Source: a virus. From it: a DNA stretch of 64,000 bases. The translations under genes were made by a program, and so were the position numbers. How positions within the stretch are numbered: position 1 is the first letter of the stretch; every line of letters begins with the position of its first letter. This document shows, one piece after another, positions 38,167 to 49,448 of the stretch. The stretch covers positions 32,001 through 96,000 of IMG/VR virus record IMGVR_UViG_3300045012_000066; one strand, written 5' to 3'. The notes beneath the pieces are model-generated. The model did no database searches. It was not told the DNA's origin and worked only from the letters and a program-made list of their open reading frames with translations.

Positions 38167-38639
38167 GCCGTCAGAAAGCTCTGTGGCGCTGCTGGTTCTG
38201 CGGCGTAAAGCTGGTTGACCCGAAGTCCTTATTGATCCCTGATCCGAGTGGTATCGGGGACGCGGATCATCCGCACTACCTTGATCCAAAGCGCCTCCCC
38301 TATCAACGCTGCCACACCAAGCGCGAAGGACTGCTGGCCTGCCTCTCCTGCGCTCTCCGTAAAAATAAAAGAACGGTAGAAGAGTTCCGCGCCATGCTGA
38401 ATAGCCACACGCCACAGGGCCTGCTGCGGCACACAGTGGAACGGCTGCACGCAGAACTAGCCAAGGCGGATATCAGCGATCCGGAGACCTGCGAGATGGT
38501 GGCCGATATACAGGATCACCTGCGCTCACTGGAAGCCAGATTCTCACCTCTGCCAACGATTCGCTTCTACGGTGAGGCCGGTGACGCTCCGGTGTACGTC
38601 AATGCGCGTCACCGCAAGCGCGGAAGGGAAAGCGTATGA
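38163..38639 (+). CDS. HNH-like zinc-binding protein
   Basis: CWFCGVKL...LLACLSCALRKNKRTVEEF; canonical DH motif not evident. Confidence 0.5.
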   Translation: MSRQKALWRCWFCGVKLVDPKSLLIPDPSGIGDADHPHYLDPKRLPYQRCHTKREGLLACLSCALRKNKRTVEEFRAMLNSHTPQGLLRHTVERLHAELAKADISDPETCEMVADIQDHLRSLEARFSPLPTIRFYGEAGDAPVYVNARHRKRGRESV

Positions 38640-39973
38640 AACTCTTCGGCTGGTTCCGCAGGCAAACACTGATCGTGATGCGTACTGAAGATATGGTGCT
38701 GGTCCACCCGGAGACAGACTTCTCGTACCGCTGTTCGGCGTGCGCTTCTGAGGTCGGCATCTATCCCTCCGGGCAGGCGCTGATCCGCCAGCTTGGCACC
38801 AAAAGGCTGCGCATCGTCTGCAACCGCTGTGTGGATGCGGGCAAGGTGTCGCGAGCGCAGTTGGCCCCCGGCGCGATGGCCGAGGTCGGCCAGTCGGTCA
38901 GGAGAGAACCATGAGCGATTTTATTCGCGTCTACGGGATGAAGATGAGCCACATCGGCACCTGCGCGAAGTGTGCGAAGTCGCGGGAAAAAGGGAACCAC
39001 AGCCAGTGCGACCGCTGGCCGGGAATCAACTCCATGCGCTTCGGCTTTCACTACGTGGCCAACTCCAAGGAAACCACCCTCGCCGAATTAAAGCGCGTGG
39101 TCGAAGCCATCTGCGCAGGCGACAGCGATCAGACTCCGGTGCAGTTCGAGATACGTATCCGCCAGAGGCTCAATCCATGACCTTCCCTGATATCTCCCGC
39201 GAGGCGTGGGACGCGGCTATGATCGTCGATGATGTCATCGACCACTTCTTCAGAGACCACGATCTCACCCGCAGCGAAGGCGTCACCCGGATTCCCGTGG
39301 TCATTGCCAAGCTGGTGCAGACCACCATCGATAGAGCCGAGGTCAACTGGGAGTTGGGCAAGCTGAAGGAGTCGGATGAGGCGCTGGTGATGTACATCAT
39401 GCGCCACTTCGATGATATCGAGCATGACCCTGTCACCCTGCGTAACCGGGCGGCGGCGGCGCTCCACGACTATCACGAACATCAGCGCAGGGAGGCACAG
39501 AGTGGAACCCGACCCTCTGGAGAAAATTAAAAACCATGCCCAAGATTGCCGCACCTCTCGCCCTCGTCGCCAAAGGCTTACACTGCGACTGCTGTCACGC
39601 GCCCGATCCCCAGTACGACTACGACACCAGCAACAATATCGTGCTCGAAGCGTGGGTCGAGTCCGGCCCCCGGCTCGCGCCGCCGCTCATCCTCGACCGC
39701 TGGTGGGTGGTCTGCGGCGACTGCGAAGCCCTGATTCGCGACAGGAACTTTACCGGGCTGCTGGAGCGCGTGCTCGCGGTCCACGAAGAGCGCGATGGCA
39801 AACACTCCGAGGCCGACACCTTGGACCGGCGCAGGATGTTCACCCATCTCTACCGGGCGTTGGCCGAAACCGGCATGAAGCCCTGCTTCATCTGCGACGC
39901 CTGTAAGTCGGTCAGCTACCATCCGGAGGATCGCAGGCATCGCTATTGCGGAAAGTGTCATGAGTTTCGCTGA
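38636..39973 (+). other. Hypothetical CDSs (38636-38914, 38911-39180, 39177-39530, 39536-39973)
   Basis: Coupled ORFs, several Cys-rich. Confidence 0.55.
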
Positions 39974-40124
39974 GGAGGCGCGATGACGGAAAGCATCAGT
40001 GTAGACCGAAGCTCATGGGAGCGCTGGAAGGAACGCGCTGAAGCCTGTGGCCTGCCCGACATCCTCTCGAATACCGCCCTGATGGTGCTGTGGCTGCTGC
40101 TGGGCGAGAACTGCTGGAGACGCC

Positions 40125-40634
40125 ATGACCCATGACGAGCTACGCGCCAAGGCCATGAGCGTGCTGCGCCGCCCGCCCGTCACGTGGACACGCACCGGCA
40201 AGTGGAAGGAGCGCAGAGCGGGCTTTGCCTGCGGCGTGATCCTCTCGGAGTTGGCGTCGGTGGCAGGCGACATCCCGGACGCCATCGGCTGGAGCTACGG
40301 CCACTCGGTGCTGATCGAGTGCAAGGTATCCCGCAGCGACTTCTTCCGCGACGCCAAGAAGCCACAGCGCCAGAACGGCTCAGGCGCGGGCGAGCGGCGC
40401 TTCTATATGGTGCCCAAGGGGCTGATCGAACAGGCCGATTTGCCGCAAGGCTGGGGGCTGCTGGAGGTGGATGGCCGGGAAGTGATGGAGGTCGTACCCG
40501 CACCCCGTCGTACGCTCGATCTGGCTGCGCACGTTCAGGAAAAGCTGATGCTGCTCTCCACCATCCGGCGCATCCGTACACGGGAGTTTTTAATTATCCA
40601 GCGCGAGGACGGCGGGGAAGGCGTGGTCGCATGA
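40125..40634 (+). CDS. PD-(D/E)xK-fold protein (MmcB-like)
   Basis: IPDAIGW...LIECKVSRSDF..D..KP, RFYMVPKGLI..DLPQGWGLL. Confidence 0.65.
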   Translation: MTHDELRAKAMSVLRRPPVTWTRTGKWKERRAGFACGVILSELASVAGDIPDAIGWSYGHSVLIECKVSRSDFFRDAKKPQRQNGSGAGERRFYMVPKGLIEQADLPQGWGLLEVDGREVMEVVPAPRRTLDLAAHVQEKLMLLSTIRRIRTREFLIIQREDGGEGVVA

Positions 40635-40659
40635 AAAGCTCTTTAGGAGACAAGGCATA

Positions 40660-41181
40660 ATGGCGCTTGAAGTGGAAATGGAACGCGGTTGGGAATGGCT
40701 GGAAGATGCGGCGCACGATCTGCGCCTGACCGGCAGCATAGCGATGAAGTTCATCGTGGAAAATGAGCGCAGTGTCGTCATCATGCTCGTGCCCGAGTCG
40801 GAGGTCATCAACGATCCCGATCTGAAAACCTCAGTCGCCCAAAAGGTGCGCACGCTGGTGGACTCGATGGACGCGCATACCGTCTACCATCTCTCCGATG
40901 CTTGGACGAGTACGGTGAATAACGCCAGCCAGAGGCCGGAGTTAATCCGCAAGATTGAGGAGCTAGGCATTCGCTGCGCCTCTGATCTGGGCCTGATTGA
41001 GCGCCGTGAAGCCCTGATGTGCTCGATCAGCACCCGTAGCGGCGAAGGTGCGACGCTGCGCTGGTTCTATCGCCGCGATGGGAAACAGATCACCATGGAA
41101 GAACGCGACCGTCCCGGCGGGGCCATGAAAGGCAGATTCTCCCACCTGTTCGACAAGGGGTCTGACCATGATCGGCGATGA
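40660..41181 (+). CDS. Hypothetical protein
   Basis: 173-aa ORF with GGAG SD. Confidence 0.6.
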   Translation: MALEVEMERGWEWLEDAAHDLRLTGSIAMKFIVENERSVVIMLVPESEVINDPDLKTSVAQKVRTLVDSMDAHTVYHLSDAWTSTVNNASQRPELIRKIEELGIRCASDLGLIERREALMCSISTRSGEGATLRWFYRRDGKQITMEERDRPGGAMKGRFSHLFDKGSDHDRR

Positions 41182-41774
41182 CTGGTTCGTACAGGCGATT
41201 GCTGCTGCCATCGCGTTAGGGCTGATCTTCTGGCTGCTCGAACGGCGCGAGCGCAGACGCAGGCAAGGGAAGTAAGTCTGCTAATAGGTGTGCCTACCTT
41301 AGTAATCTAAGTCAATCAGGGTATTTACTGTATTCCGGTGTAGATGGAAATTAATTTCCTTGGAGTAATGCTCCAAGCATCTTCTCACCGATACGCATCT
41401 CTTAAAATCCATCGCAACTCTCGCGGATTTTAAATCTCATCAAAACACTGCAAACGGTAACAACCGAACTCTGCATCTGTAACTGCTCTGGTAACTAACA
41501 GATCAGGCGCGAAGTCTCACATGCGAGGCGCAGCTTCTGAATCACACGATGCGTGCGAAGTTGAAAAATATTTGCCCTGCCTGTGCAAAACCATGTGGAA
41601 GGGTCTTGACTCAGGAGGATGAGGAAGAGGAATATCACCAAAGTCAGTTTCTAATCTCATCGTGAAGCAAAGGGCCCTATGTACCGCCGATCAAGTTGAA
41701 CCCGCCGATGAGTTGTTAGTCCCGAGCAAAAAGATAGGTCAGAGCCAGCTTGGCAAAAAGTTGGGAGGCTAAAA

Positions 41775-41981
41775 GTGTCGGAGCAATTAAGAAAACCCGT
41801 GAAGCCAGTGAGGCCGCGCAACCACTGCAACCGTTGCGGGCTGAACTGGACGCAGCGCAAGCCCGAGGACGGGAAACCACGCGAATGCCCAGAGTGCCAC
41901 AAGCGCAACTGGAGCGATCCGCCCGACGAGCACCCCAATCCCAATCAAGAAGCGGCACCGCAGGCTCGCATGAGCGCGTAA
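41775..41981 (+). CDS. Zinc-ribbon protein
   Basis: CNRCGLNW...PRECPECHKRNW; GGGAGG SD before GTG. Confidence 0.6.
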   Translation: MSEQLRKPVKPVRPRNHCNRCGLNWTQRKPEDGKPRECPECHKRNWSDPPDEHPNPNQEAAPQARMSA

Positions 41982-42232
41982 CCTGCCGTAGCACCTCTGT
42001 TAACTGTGTTTACTTCCGGGAGAGTAAGTCAGTGGCCGAGTTATTCGTAATTACGCGGAGCAACAAACAACCTTACCGGTTGCACCCGAGGTACGGCCAT
42101 GCGCAGCCTTGACGAACTGTACTGGGACAGCCACTGCAATGAGCGCTGTGGCTGCAAGAGCCTGAAAGAGGCGTTGGCCAAGCACCCGGAATTACGCAAG
42201 GCCAGAGACGGCGATGAAAGCGAGGCAAGTTC

Positions 42233-43701
42233 ATGCCAGCCGAATACCTCATCCTCAAAAACCGAGTCGCACCGATAGAGCGCTGCCCCGACTGTGGGGC
42301 GTACCCCTTCGACTGCTTCATGCGCGGCATGGTGAAGAGCTACTGGCGGGCCTTCTGGGGGCGTCCCTGCTGGTGTGTCATCTGCTCCCAGTGTAAAGAG
42401 ATCGTGGGCTACGAGTTGGCCTGCCCGCGCAACTCCCTGCGGCGCACTCTGTACGACATCTTCACCTCGTTCAGAGCAAGGCGCTCGTGATGACCCAACC
42501 CATTCACCCAAAAGAAAGGACTATCCCCATGGCCTACATCCGTGAACGTTCGAACGGCACCAGTGTCGTCCATCCCCATAAACTCCGCGCCATGCTGAAA
42601 ACTAAAATCTCCGAGCTACTCACCCGCTACTCACTGGACGAGGTGTTGAGCGAAGTCGCTGCCCAGCGGCCCAGCTTCGACATCCACATCTGTCCAGCCA
42701 AGACCGATACGGTCCCCGGCACCAAACCTGAAGAACAGGAAGCAGTGGAGGTCTAACGATGCCCTGCGGCGGCGTGTATCCAGTCCGTATCATTCCCGAC
42801 GATGGCGGCATTCGACCCGCCACCATGACTCCCGCAGAGAAGCGCACCTGCTTCTGGTGCCGCAGACCGGGTGCAGGGCACTTCTATGAAGAGTGGGACG
42901 CGTACGTCCACGCCGCCTGCTTCCTGCATGATCTGCGTAACCATCCGGACGGTGAAGCTGCCATCGCACTGATCCATGGGCACCAGATTTACCTCGACAC
43001 CACCGCTGACCAATATCCCGTGCTGACGCCGCAATGAGCAGAGGGCGTGACACGTTGCTGGCGGAAATTAAAAACGGGGGTAAGGAATCGCCCTGCCCCC
43101 TGTGCGGATTACCCCGTGTCAAGCGCAGCGACTACATTCGCTGCTGCCGGTGCGGGACCAACTGGGTAGAGGGTGATCCGCTGGACAAAGACCCACGGAA
43201 TTTCCGCCAGCGCAGGTTGATCGACGATATGCAGGCCATGCAGATTAAAAAGAAGGAGGAGCCGGATGGACGAAGCTAAGTTCTCAGTCCATGGAGACGA
43301 GGTCGTGATCCGCATCAGCACCGATGACTACGACCGGCTCCTGATCCTGATGGGCTTTGCCGTGGGCGCGGCCTATGAAAAGGATCGGGGAATGGCGTAC
43401 CGCTTTCTCGATCTGATCAACCGGGTGAACAAGGGAAATCCCAAGTTCATACCGTACGAGATACCGCAACACCTGAAAGGAGACTAGGCAATCCGTTATG
43501 GCTCACTATCAGGTCTATCTGCGCGGCGGCGTGACCACCGAAATACAGGTCGAGAAGAACATCATCGTCAACTCCACCAAGCTGGAGAACGCCATCGGGT
43601 TGAGCTTCGCAAGGTTCAGCGCATGGGTCAAAGAGAAGGGCGGCGAGATCGTTCTGGTCATGGAGCCACCCTCTCTGGAAAGGATCAGCAAGTTATGGTG
43701 A
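42233..43701 (+). other. Small hypothetical CDSs (42233-42490, 42487-42756, 42759-43037, 43034-43279, 43266-43487, 43498-43701)
   Basis: Coupled ORF series. Confidence 0.55.
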
Positions 43702-44363
43702 CAACACAGAAAAAGTCCGCAGCATCCGGCAGGGTAGAAGTTCAGGACGAATTAAAATTGCGCTGGCCCGAGGGCTGGAAGCGAACCCTGATTGAGTTGC
43801 GTAGGGGGCAAAAGCGATGGGGCAAGACCTCTTCCTACTACCACCAGAGCGTCATCAAGGAACTGACGCTGATGGGTGCCACCGCCATCCTGATCACCCA
43901 TTGGCCCAACGACAAGGAACGCATGGACCCCGGCGTTGCCGTGTGGTTCTCGCTGGTCAAGGAAGACTACTCATGGCAGACGCTGCTCGATCTGCCGCCC
44001 GCGCCCACACTGGATGAGATTGACCGCGCCTTCCGCGACAAGGCGAAGCCCATCCACCCCGACCGGACGGACGGCGGCGATCCCGAGATGTTCAAACGGA
44101 TGGGTGAGGCCAAGAGGCGGGCCAGAGATTGGGTTCTGGGCGAGAATGCGGGCCGTCATGAGCACGTGATGGCGCTGGACCTTTACACCAGCATCCACTC
44201 CAATCTGGCCGGACTCGCGCAAGCCTTCAAGGCGTTCCGATCCTTGCAGCGATTGGGTATGCCCACCATTCTGGAGCGCGTGCTGGAGGGAGCTTTGAAG
44301 GGCGTACTGCCTATGACGGCATCGGGAGGTGCCAATGAGCCTCGTACTGAACGTTCCGCATAA
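43695..44363 (+). CDS. Phage DnaJ-domain protein with internal J domain
   Basis: WPEGWKRT, DPGVAVWF, then J-domain helices EIDRAFRDKAKPIHPDRTDGGD..MFKRMGEA. Confidence 0.75.
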   Translation: MVTTQKKSAASGRVEVQDELKLRWPEGWKRTLIELRRGQKRWGKTSSYYHQSVIKELTLMGATAILITHWPNDKERMDPGVAVWFSLVKEDYSWQTLLDLPPAPTLDEIDRAFRDKAKPIHPDRTDGGDPEMFKRMGEAKRRARDWVLGENAGRHEHVMALDLYTSIHSNLAGLAQAFKAFRSLQRLGMPTILERVLEGALKGVLPMTASGGANEPRTERSA

Positions 44364-44823
44364 CCCGCAAGACATGATTGCCTCACTTCAGCGCGAACTG
44401 CATGACCGAATCGTGCGCATTCGCGAACTGGAAGATGAACTCGACAAAGAGAAGCTGCGCAACCGGGGCGTCGAGGTCAGCGCCGCAAGCCTGCGCAACA
44501 TCCTGACCCCGCTCTACAACGCCATTGGCGGCATTCTCGGCCATATAGACGCCATGGATATCACCACCACGGACGGACGCAGCGGCAAGCCCGCCAGCAG
44601 CGAAGACGACAAGGTGTGGGAGTCGTGGAAGCAGAAGCTGGGGGGAAAGACGGCAGCGGCTATCGACGCGCTGCGCATGCACGGCCCCATGACACAGGCA
44701 CAGTTACGAATTCAATTAGGCTGCGCGACGCGTACGGTCACCAACGTAGTCGGAGCACTGAACAAGGCCGCGCTCATCAATAAGGCCAACGGAAAGATCG
44801 CGCTCAAGGAGTTGTACAAGTGA
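44335..44823 (+). CDS. Coiled-coil protein with C-terminal winged helix
   Basis: IDALRMHGPMTQAQLRIQLG..TRTVTNVVGALNKAALI. Confidence 0.6.
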   Translation: MSLVLNVPHNPQDMIASLQRELHDRIVRIRELEDELDKEKLRNRGVEVSAASLRNILTPLYNAIGGILGHIDAMDITTTDGRSGKPASSEDDKVWESWKQKLGGKTAAAIDALRMHGPMTQAQLRIQLGCATRTVTNVVGALNKAALINKANGKIALKELYK

Positions 44824-46057
44824 CACTCTGGACGTTGAGCAACCCACACAGCTTGTCTATGGTGATCGAAATCATAGGCGTACAAACGGTGCGAGCTACC
44901 TTCCCGGCGATCCCCGGCTGCGAAGGAGAGGGCACCCATCTCGATCCTTGGAAAGCACGCGATATGGCGATCCTCAATTGCGCACAGTCAATTGTGGCGA
45001 AGCTGCAATCGGAGTAAACGTCATGCATATTCAGGTCGTCAGCACAGAAGGTGGAAGACACGAACTTATCACGCTCACTGAACCAGTGACGATTTTGTGC
45101 GGCGAAACATTGGACCGTTTAATCTGCGGAGCCACGGAACACTGGTTCAGGAAAGACGGCACCTACGACGGTTGGGGTATGAATCTGGCCGACACCAAGA
45201 TGACTCCAGAGGAAATATCCAAGCTTGTCGATGAGGTCGAGAAGGGCCGGGTGTTCTAAAGAACACGGAGGCAACGATGGGTCTAAGCGCACACAACTTC
45301 GACACAGAGCTTTCAATCTGGGCAAGGGTTCACAGGATTCACAACTCCCATCCGGGAAGGGTTCTCCTCGACGGTCGGGAGGTTTCCCTAGAAAAGCTTC
45401 ACGGCACCTTGTCTGACACCTTTGAACCAATAGCAAGGAAGAGGAAGGTAAAGCCGCCAGAGAACCGGCCCCGGTCGGCAGATTGCCTCGTTCACCACAA
45501 TGCGGAGTTTGCCCAAGCGCATGCGGAGAGGCTGGAGCGCCTGACCGGCGACCACTGCGAGGTCAGGAAGTACGGACCTACCCTCTTCAAGGTGATCCGG
45601 TATGACGCCAGCGGCAAGTGGGTCTTGAACTGTTCGTACTGAGGGAGGGAAGCGATGCGTGTTCTGTTGATAGACGAAGAGGCCAAGGAAAAAGTTGCGC
45701 AGGCGATGTCTTATGCGCGGCAGCACATCTACCACCCCGGCACAGATACCAAAGTGCCGGGAGACCCCACTGTATGGTGCTGGCCGAGGAGTTGACGCAA
45801 TGAGTGACGACAAGGAAATTAAAACGCATACAACTGAAGACGACGAGTACTTGGAGCGGGCGAAGAAACGCGCCTTGGCCTACCTTGATCAGCTACACGA
45901 TCCGGCGCAGGCGTTCACGTCGATGCTCAGCGACATGACCAAGAACCCGCATTTCAGGAACCATGCAGGCAACATGATCGGCACGGGGATGATGCTGATC
46001 CCCGGTTGGATCACCAACCCGGTCGAGGTGCGACGCTGGATTGAGGGCTATCGCTGA
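44820..46057 (+). other. Small hypothetical CDSs (44820-45017, 45023-45259, 45277-45642, 45800-46057)
   Basis: ORFs with SD-like sites. Confidence 0.55.
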
Positions 46058-46058
46058 G

Positions 46059-46856
46059 TTATTTCTTAGTCTTTTTCTTAGCTCTTGTGACCCTTGCGAC
46101 TGGCTCCGGTTCCGGCTCTGGCTCAGGTTCTGGTTCAGGCTCTTCTTCTTCCGGCTCTTCAGGTTCCTCTGGCTCTGGCTCTTCTGGTTCCGGTTCTGGT
46201 TCCGGTTCTGGTTCTGGCTCAGCCGGTGGTTCCGGTTCAGGCTCTGGCTCAGGTTCAGGCTCCGGCTCTGGCTCAGGTTCAGGTTCTGGTTCAGGCTCAG
46301 GCTCAGGTTCAGGCTCCGGCTCTGGCTCAGGTTCAGGTTCTGGTTCAGGCTCCGGCTCAGGTTCAGGCGTTGGCGGTTCCGGTATAGGAAGCCCAGCCAG
46401 CGTCAGCAACTGGACGTATCCCTGTTGCACCATGGCGTCTAACTCTTCCTGTGTATGCTGGCCAACCCGCACGCGTTCGTCGCCGATGTCAACCGCTTCC
46501 CCCGGAGCCGCATCCCCGGATTGCATACTGGGCAAGGAAACCCAGTAGAACGTTTGTTCGTTGATGCTGATCCGCCAGATGGCGCAGTACCCAATCTCAC
46601 CGTCCGGGACATGGCCAAGCTGCATCATCCCCCATTCGTCATAGCCAGCGATATCCGCCAGCCAGCCGCGAAAGCTGGCACGCTGCATCTCCAGTTGTTC
46701 ACCGGGAGCCACACCTAGTGCTACGAGAATTGCATTGGAGTTCGGCCTGCCTTCCTCCATGCGCATGGTGGCGTCTTGAATCTTGAGCATGTCTTCGCGA
46801 CGCATTGCTTCTGCGAACTCTTCCAGTGTTGCGACCTGCTGCATATAAACCTCCAC
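46059..46856 (-). CDS. Protein with long (Pro-Glu)n tract and basic tail
   Basis: About 90 aa of EP repeats encoded by mixed 6-nt GARCCN units; GGAGG SD; ends RAKKKTKK. Confidence 0.7.
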   Translation of the reverse strand: MEVYMQQVATLEEFAEAMRREDMLKIQDATMRMEEGRPNSNAILVALGVAPGEQLEMQRASFRGWLADIAGYDEWGMMQLGHVPDGEIGYCAIWRISINEQTFYWVSLPSMQSGDAAPGEAVDIGDERVRVGQHTQEELDAMVQQGYVQLLTLAGLPIPEPPTPEPEPEPEPEPEPEPEPEPEPEPEPEPEPEPEPEPEPEPEPEPEPEPPAEPEPEPEPEPEPEEPEPEEPEEPEEEEPEPEPEPEPEPEPVARVTRAKKKTKK

Positions 46857-46893
46857 TGCCTATAGTAGGTCTAGAAGCTAACTTATCCGACAC

Positions 46894-47094
46894 TTATTGT
46901 CCCCAGATAGATTCTTGCTCCTTACGATGCGCGGCCAGCACGCGATTGCGGTGCGGCGCAGGGAGATAGACCATGCCACCCATGCCACCGGGTTTAGGAG
47001 CGAGGCACTTGCCCGACACGGCTGCGTTGCACTCTGGACACTGAATGGAGAGGGTCTCGTCATCGTAGTTGTCGAAGTCTAGGTGCAGGTCCAT
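46894..47094 (-). CDS. Small Cys-motif hypothetical protein
   Basis: CPECNA..C...PH..R; GAGGAG SD. Confidence 0.55.
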   Translation of the reverse strand: MDLHLDFDNYDDETLSIQCPECNAAVSGKCLAPKPGGMGGMVYLPAPHRNRVLAAHRKEQESIWGQ

Positions 47095-47560
47095 TGTTCC
47101 TCCTCTTCCTCCTCTTCCTCTTAACTACTCTAGTTATCCACAAAAGTTTTTCCACTTATGCACCAGTGTTCTTGACTTAAGGCGCAGCTTAGGCGCATGT
47201 TAGCAGAGTCGTGAAGGCTTATTCACCATGCCGCTGTTGGAAAAGATTTACATGCAGGAGAGAATCACTGACCTGCTCGTTCGCTTCTGGGGGTTGGGCA
47301 AAGAACTCAACGCCGAGGAGAAGGACACGCTTCTGACGGCACTTGACGCAGAAAATAAATCCATTCGCGGGCCGATCCATGTGCGAGCACTGGAACGGCT
47401 CCGGGAGATGGGGATTGAGTAAACATGCCAGCCGACAAGGACGCGCCCTGTGGACGCTGCCACATGCCTCTGAGCGAGCACTGTCCGGGGGATGTGGTTC
47501 ACGGCGGCATCAAGTGCCGCACTCGCCACTGCCTCGCGCCGTTGTGTGACTGCATAGACT

Positions 47561-47878
47561 ATGTGGAGACGAGAGATGCCGCGATCCCAGCCAAGGGCGA
47601 AAGCCGAATCGCAGACCGAGGACGTAGACCTGAAACAGCGTAGAAAACGCGCCAACGACTGGAAGCTGTTCCGTCGTAACAACCTCTTTACACAGAAGCG
47701 GTTGGCCGAAGTGATCGGCGTGTCGCGTCGCACCATCCAACAGATCGAGGGCGGTCACATTACGCCGCGTGACGTGACGCTGCGCCGCTTCGCCGTCTTT
47801 AAACAAAAGTGCAAAGTCAACGCAGATTTAAATCTGCAACTTGTAGAAGGAGAAACTGATGGCAACGGAAGTAGATGA
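47561..47878 (+). CDS. XRE/Cro-CI family HTH regulator
   Basis: WKLFRRNNLFTQKRLAEVIGVSRRTIQQIEGGHITP. Confidence 0.85.
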   Translation: MWRREMPRSQPRAKAESQTEDVDLKQRRKRANDWKLFRRNNLFTQKRLAEVIGVSRRTIQQIEGGHITPRDVTLRRFAVFKQKCKVNADLNLQLVEGETDGNGSR

Positions 47879-48681
47879 GTATGTCGAACCCTTGAGTGGC
47901 GAAGAGATTGTGATTGATCTGTGCTCGCGGATCGCTGAAAAGCTGCGAGCGGATTGCAACCTGAGAGAGAGCGACGCCTACAGCGGCGGCTACATGGCCA
48001 AAGTAACCGTCCATCTGGAGGCTTACGGGATGGACACGGCCAACGTGGACGTGGCAGTTGTAACCGGCAAGCCACAGGACACCCCGGATGAACTGCTTGA
48101 CACCGAGTACGAGATTCCCCGCGAGGAAGCTCTGAACAAGGTGCGCGAGCGCTCCGACCAGCCGGTGCCCACGCTCACGAGCGAAGGCGGTCAGCCGGTG
48201 GTGAAGCAGCGCCGTTACGTGAAGGGCGCTGAAAAGGTGGGCGGGGGAGCAAATTAAATTTTCCGCGCACTGTTACGCGGCGTGCGGCAGTCTTCGAGGG
48301 AACGGGAAGCCCAGACTGCCGCACGTATTCCGCCGAGGTTCAGCGATGACCGACGACCAGATGAATGCGTTTGTCGAACGTTTTGTGCTATCGTTCGAAA
48401 AAATAGGGACAGCGCTGGAGGGTCTGGATGAAACCTACCGACGACACCTCGACAAGCTCTACCCGGCCCGCGCAGAGCGCCGGGAAGCGGTCGTTACGCG
48501 GGTCCAAACCGAAGAAGACCGCATCCGTGAAGCCCAAGGCTCAAGCGCGAAGCCACTCGACCAATGGCTCAGCGAAGTCGAAGAAGAAGAAGAAGAGCGG
48601 GAATATATTGGAGTTCGCGAGCGGGTCTGGCTCGACGGTCAAAAGCGTAAGCAAACTGAAGAGAAACCAGCAGGGGATTGA
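47859..48681 (+). other. Hypothetical CDSs (47859-48257, 48346-48681)
   Basis: Acidic ORFs with SD sites. Confidence 0.6.
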
Positions 48682-49303
48682 TCGCTCGGCAAATGCCCTC
48701 AAGCGCATCCGCGTCTCCCCGGAACAACTGGCGCTCGCTCCCCAGATCACGCCGCTGCTGAAGCAGGCCGCAGGTGGACTGCAACAGGTCATTACGGCAC
48801 TGCGCTTCTCTGCCGATACTCTCGCGCTGGCGTTCCTTGAAAAGTACGACTCTATCCCGACTGGAGACCGCGAGTATCTGTCGATTGAGTCCATTGCTCT
48901 AGCCGCGCAGATCGACATCACCCATCTGCTGGGATCGATCATGGTCTCTCTTCAGCAGCATGCGGTCAACGCAACACGGATTATCGCCATGACGAATCAC
49001 CCCAAGATTACGGAGGCTAGAGTTGCGTACGGCATGCTTCCGCTGGGTGAGCGCGACCGCACGGCGCTGGATACGGCGATGGGCTTCCTGCCTTCGCCCA
49101 AGGGGCCGACCTTCATCGGCAAAGCTATCTTCGGTTCCGGCAAAAATACGATGGATCAGCAGCGGAGTGATGAGGACGACGATCCGGGAGACGATGGTGA
49201 TGGCCCTGATCTGGACAAGCTCTTTCCACCTGCAAACACGATGCAGAATAAATTAACCGCGATCCGGCAGAGAGCGTTACCGCCTCCCCCGAATCAGCAA
49301 TGA
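48428..49303 (+). CDS. Probable terminase small subunit (positional; start uncertain)
   Basis: Helical ORF directly upstream of TerL; only plausible ATG lies inside the preceding gene. Confidence 0.5.
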   Translation: MKPTDDTSTSSTRPAQSAGKRSLRGSKPKKTASVKPKAQARSHSTNGSAKSKKKKKSGNILEFASGSGSTVKSVSKLKRNQQGIDRSANALKRIRVSPEQLALAPQITPLLKQAAGGLQQVITALRFSADTLALAFLEKYDSIPTGDREYLSIESIALAAQIDITHLLGSIMVSLQQHAVNATRIIAMTNHPKITEARVAYGMLPLGERDRTALDTAMGFLPSPKGPTFIGKAIFGSGKNTMDQQRSDEDDDPGDDGDGPDLDKLFPPANTMQNKLTAIRQRALPPPPNQQ

Positions 49304-49404
49304 ATTTAATTGCGGCAGCGTTTCCTTCTTGACGCCTGCCGAAAACAAGCTTAAGTATTGATTCGATAGGGACACAGGCTCCTCTTCTCAGAGAAGGGAC
49401 AGGC

Positions 49405-49434
49405 AATGGCTCTGGCGACAACGCCAGAGCCATT
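49405..49434 (+). promoter_or_regulatory. Late-leader hairpin 1
   Basis: Perfect 13-bp stem AATGGCTCTGGCG-ACAA-CGCCAGAGCCATT just upstream of TerL, downstream of TTGACG at 49329. Confidence 0.65.
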
Positions 49435-49448
49435 TCTATTTGCGGCTC

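Noticed and set aside
38163-38639. HNH-like gene as the TasH effector of the TIGR-like array
   Set aside because: Too short and no Nop-domain motifs; TasH requires a Nop domain.
46041-46548. (GS)n, (WF/RL)n and (AQV)n ORFs on the + strand
   Set aside because: Shadow frames of the minus-strand (EP)n gene, which has an SD and a unique N-terminal domain.
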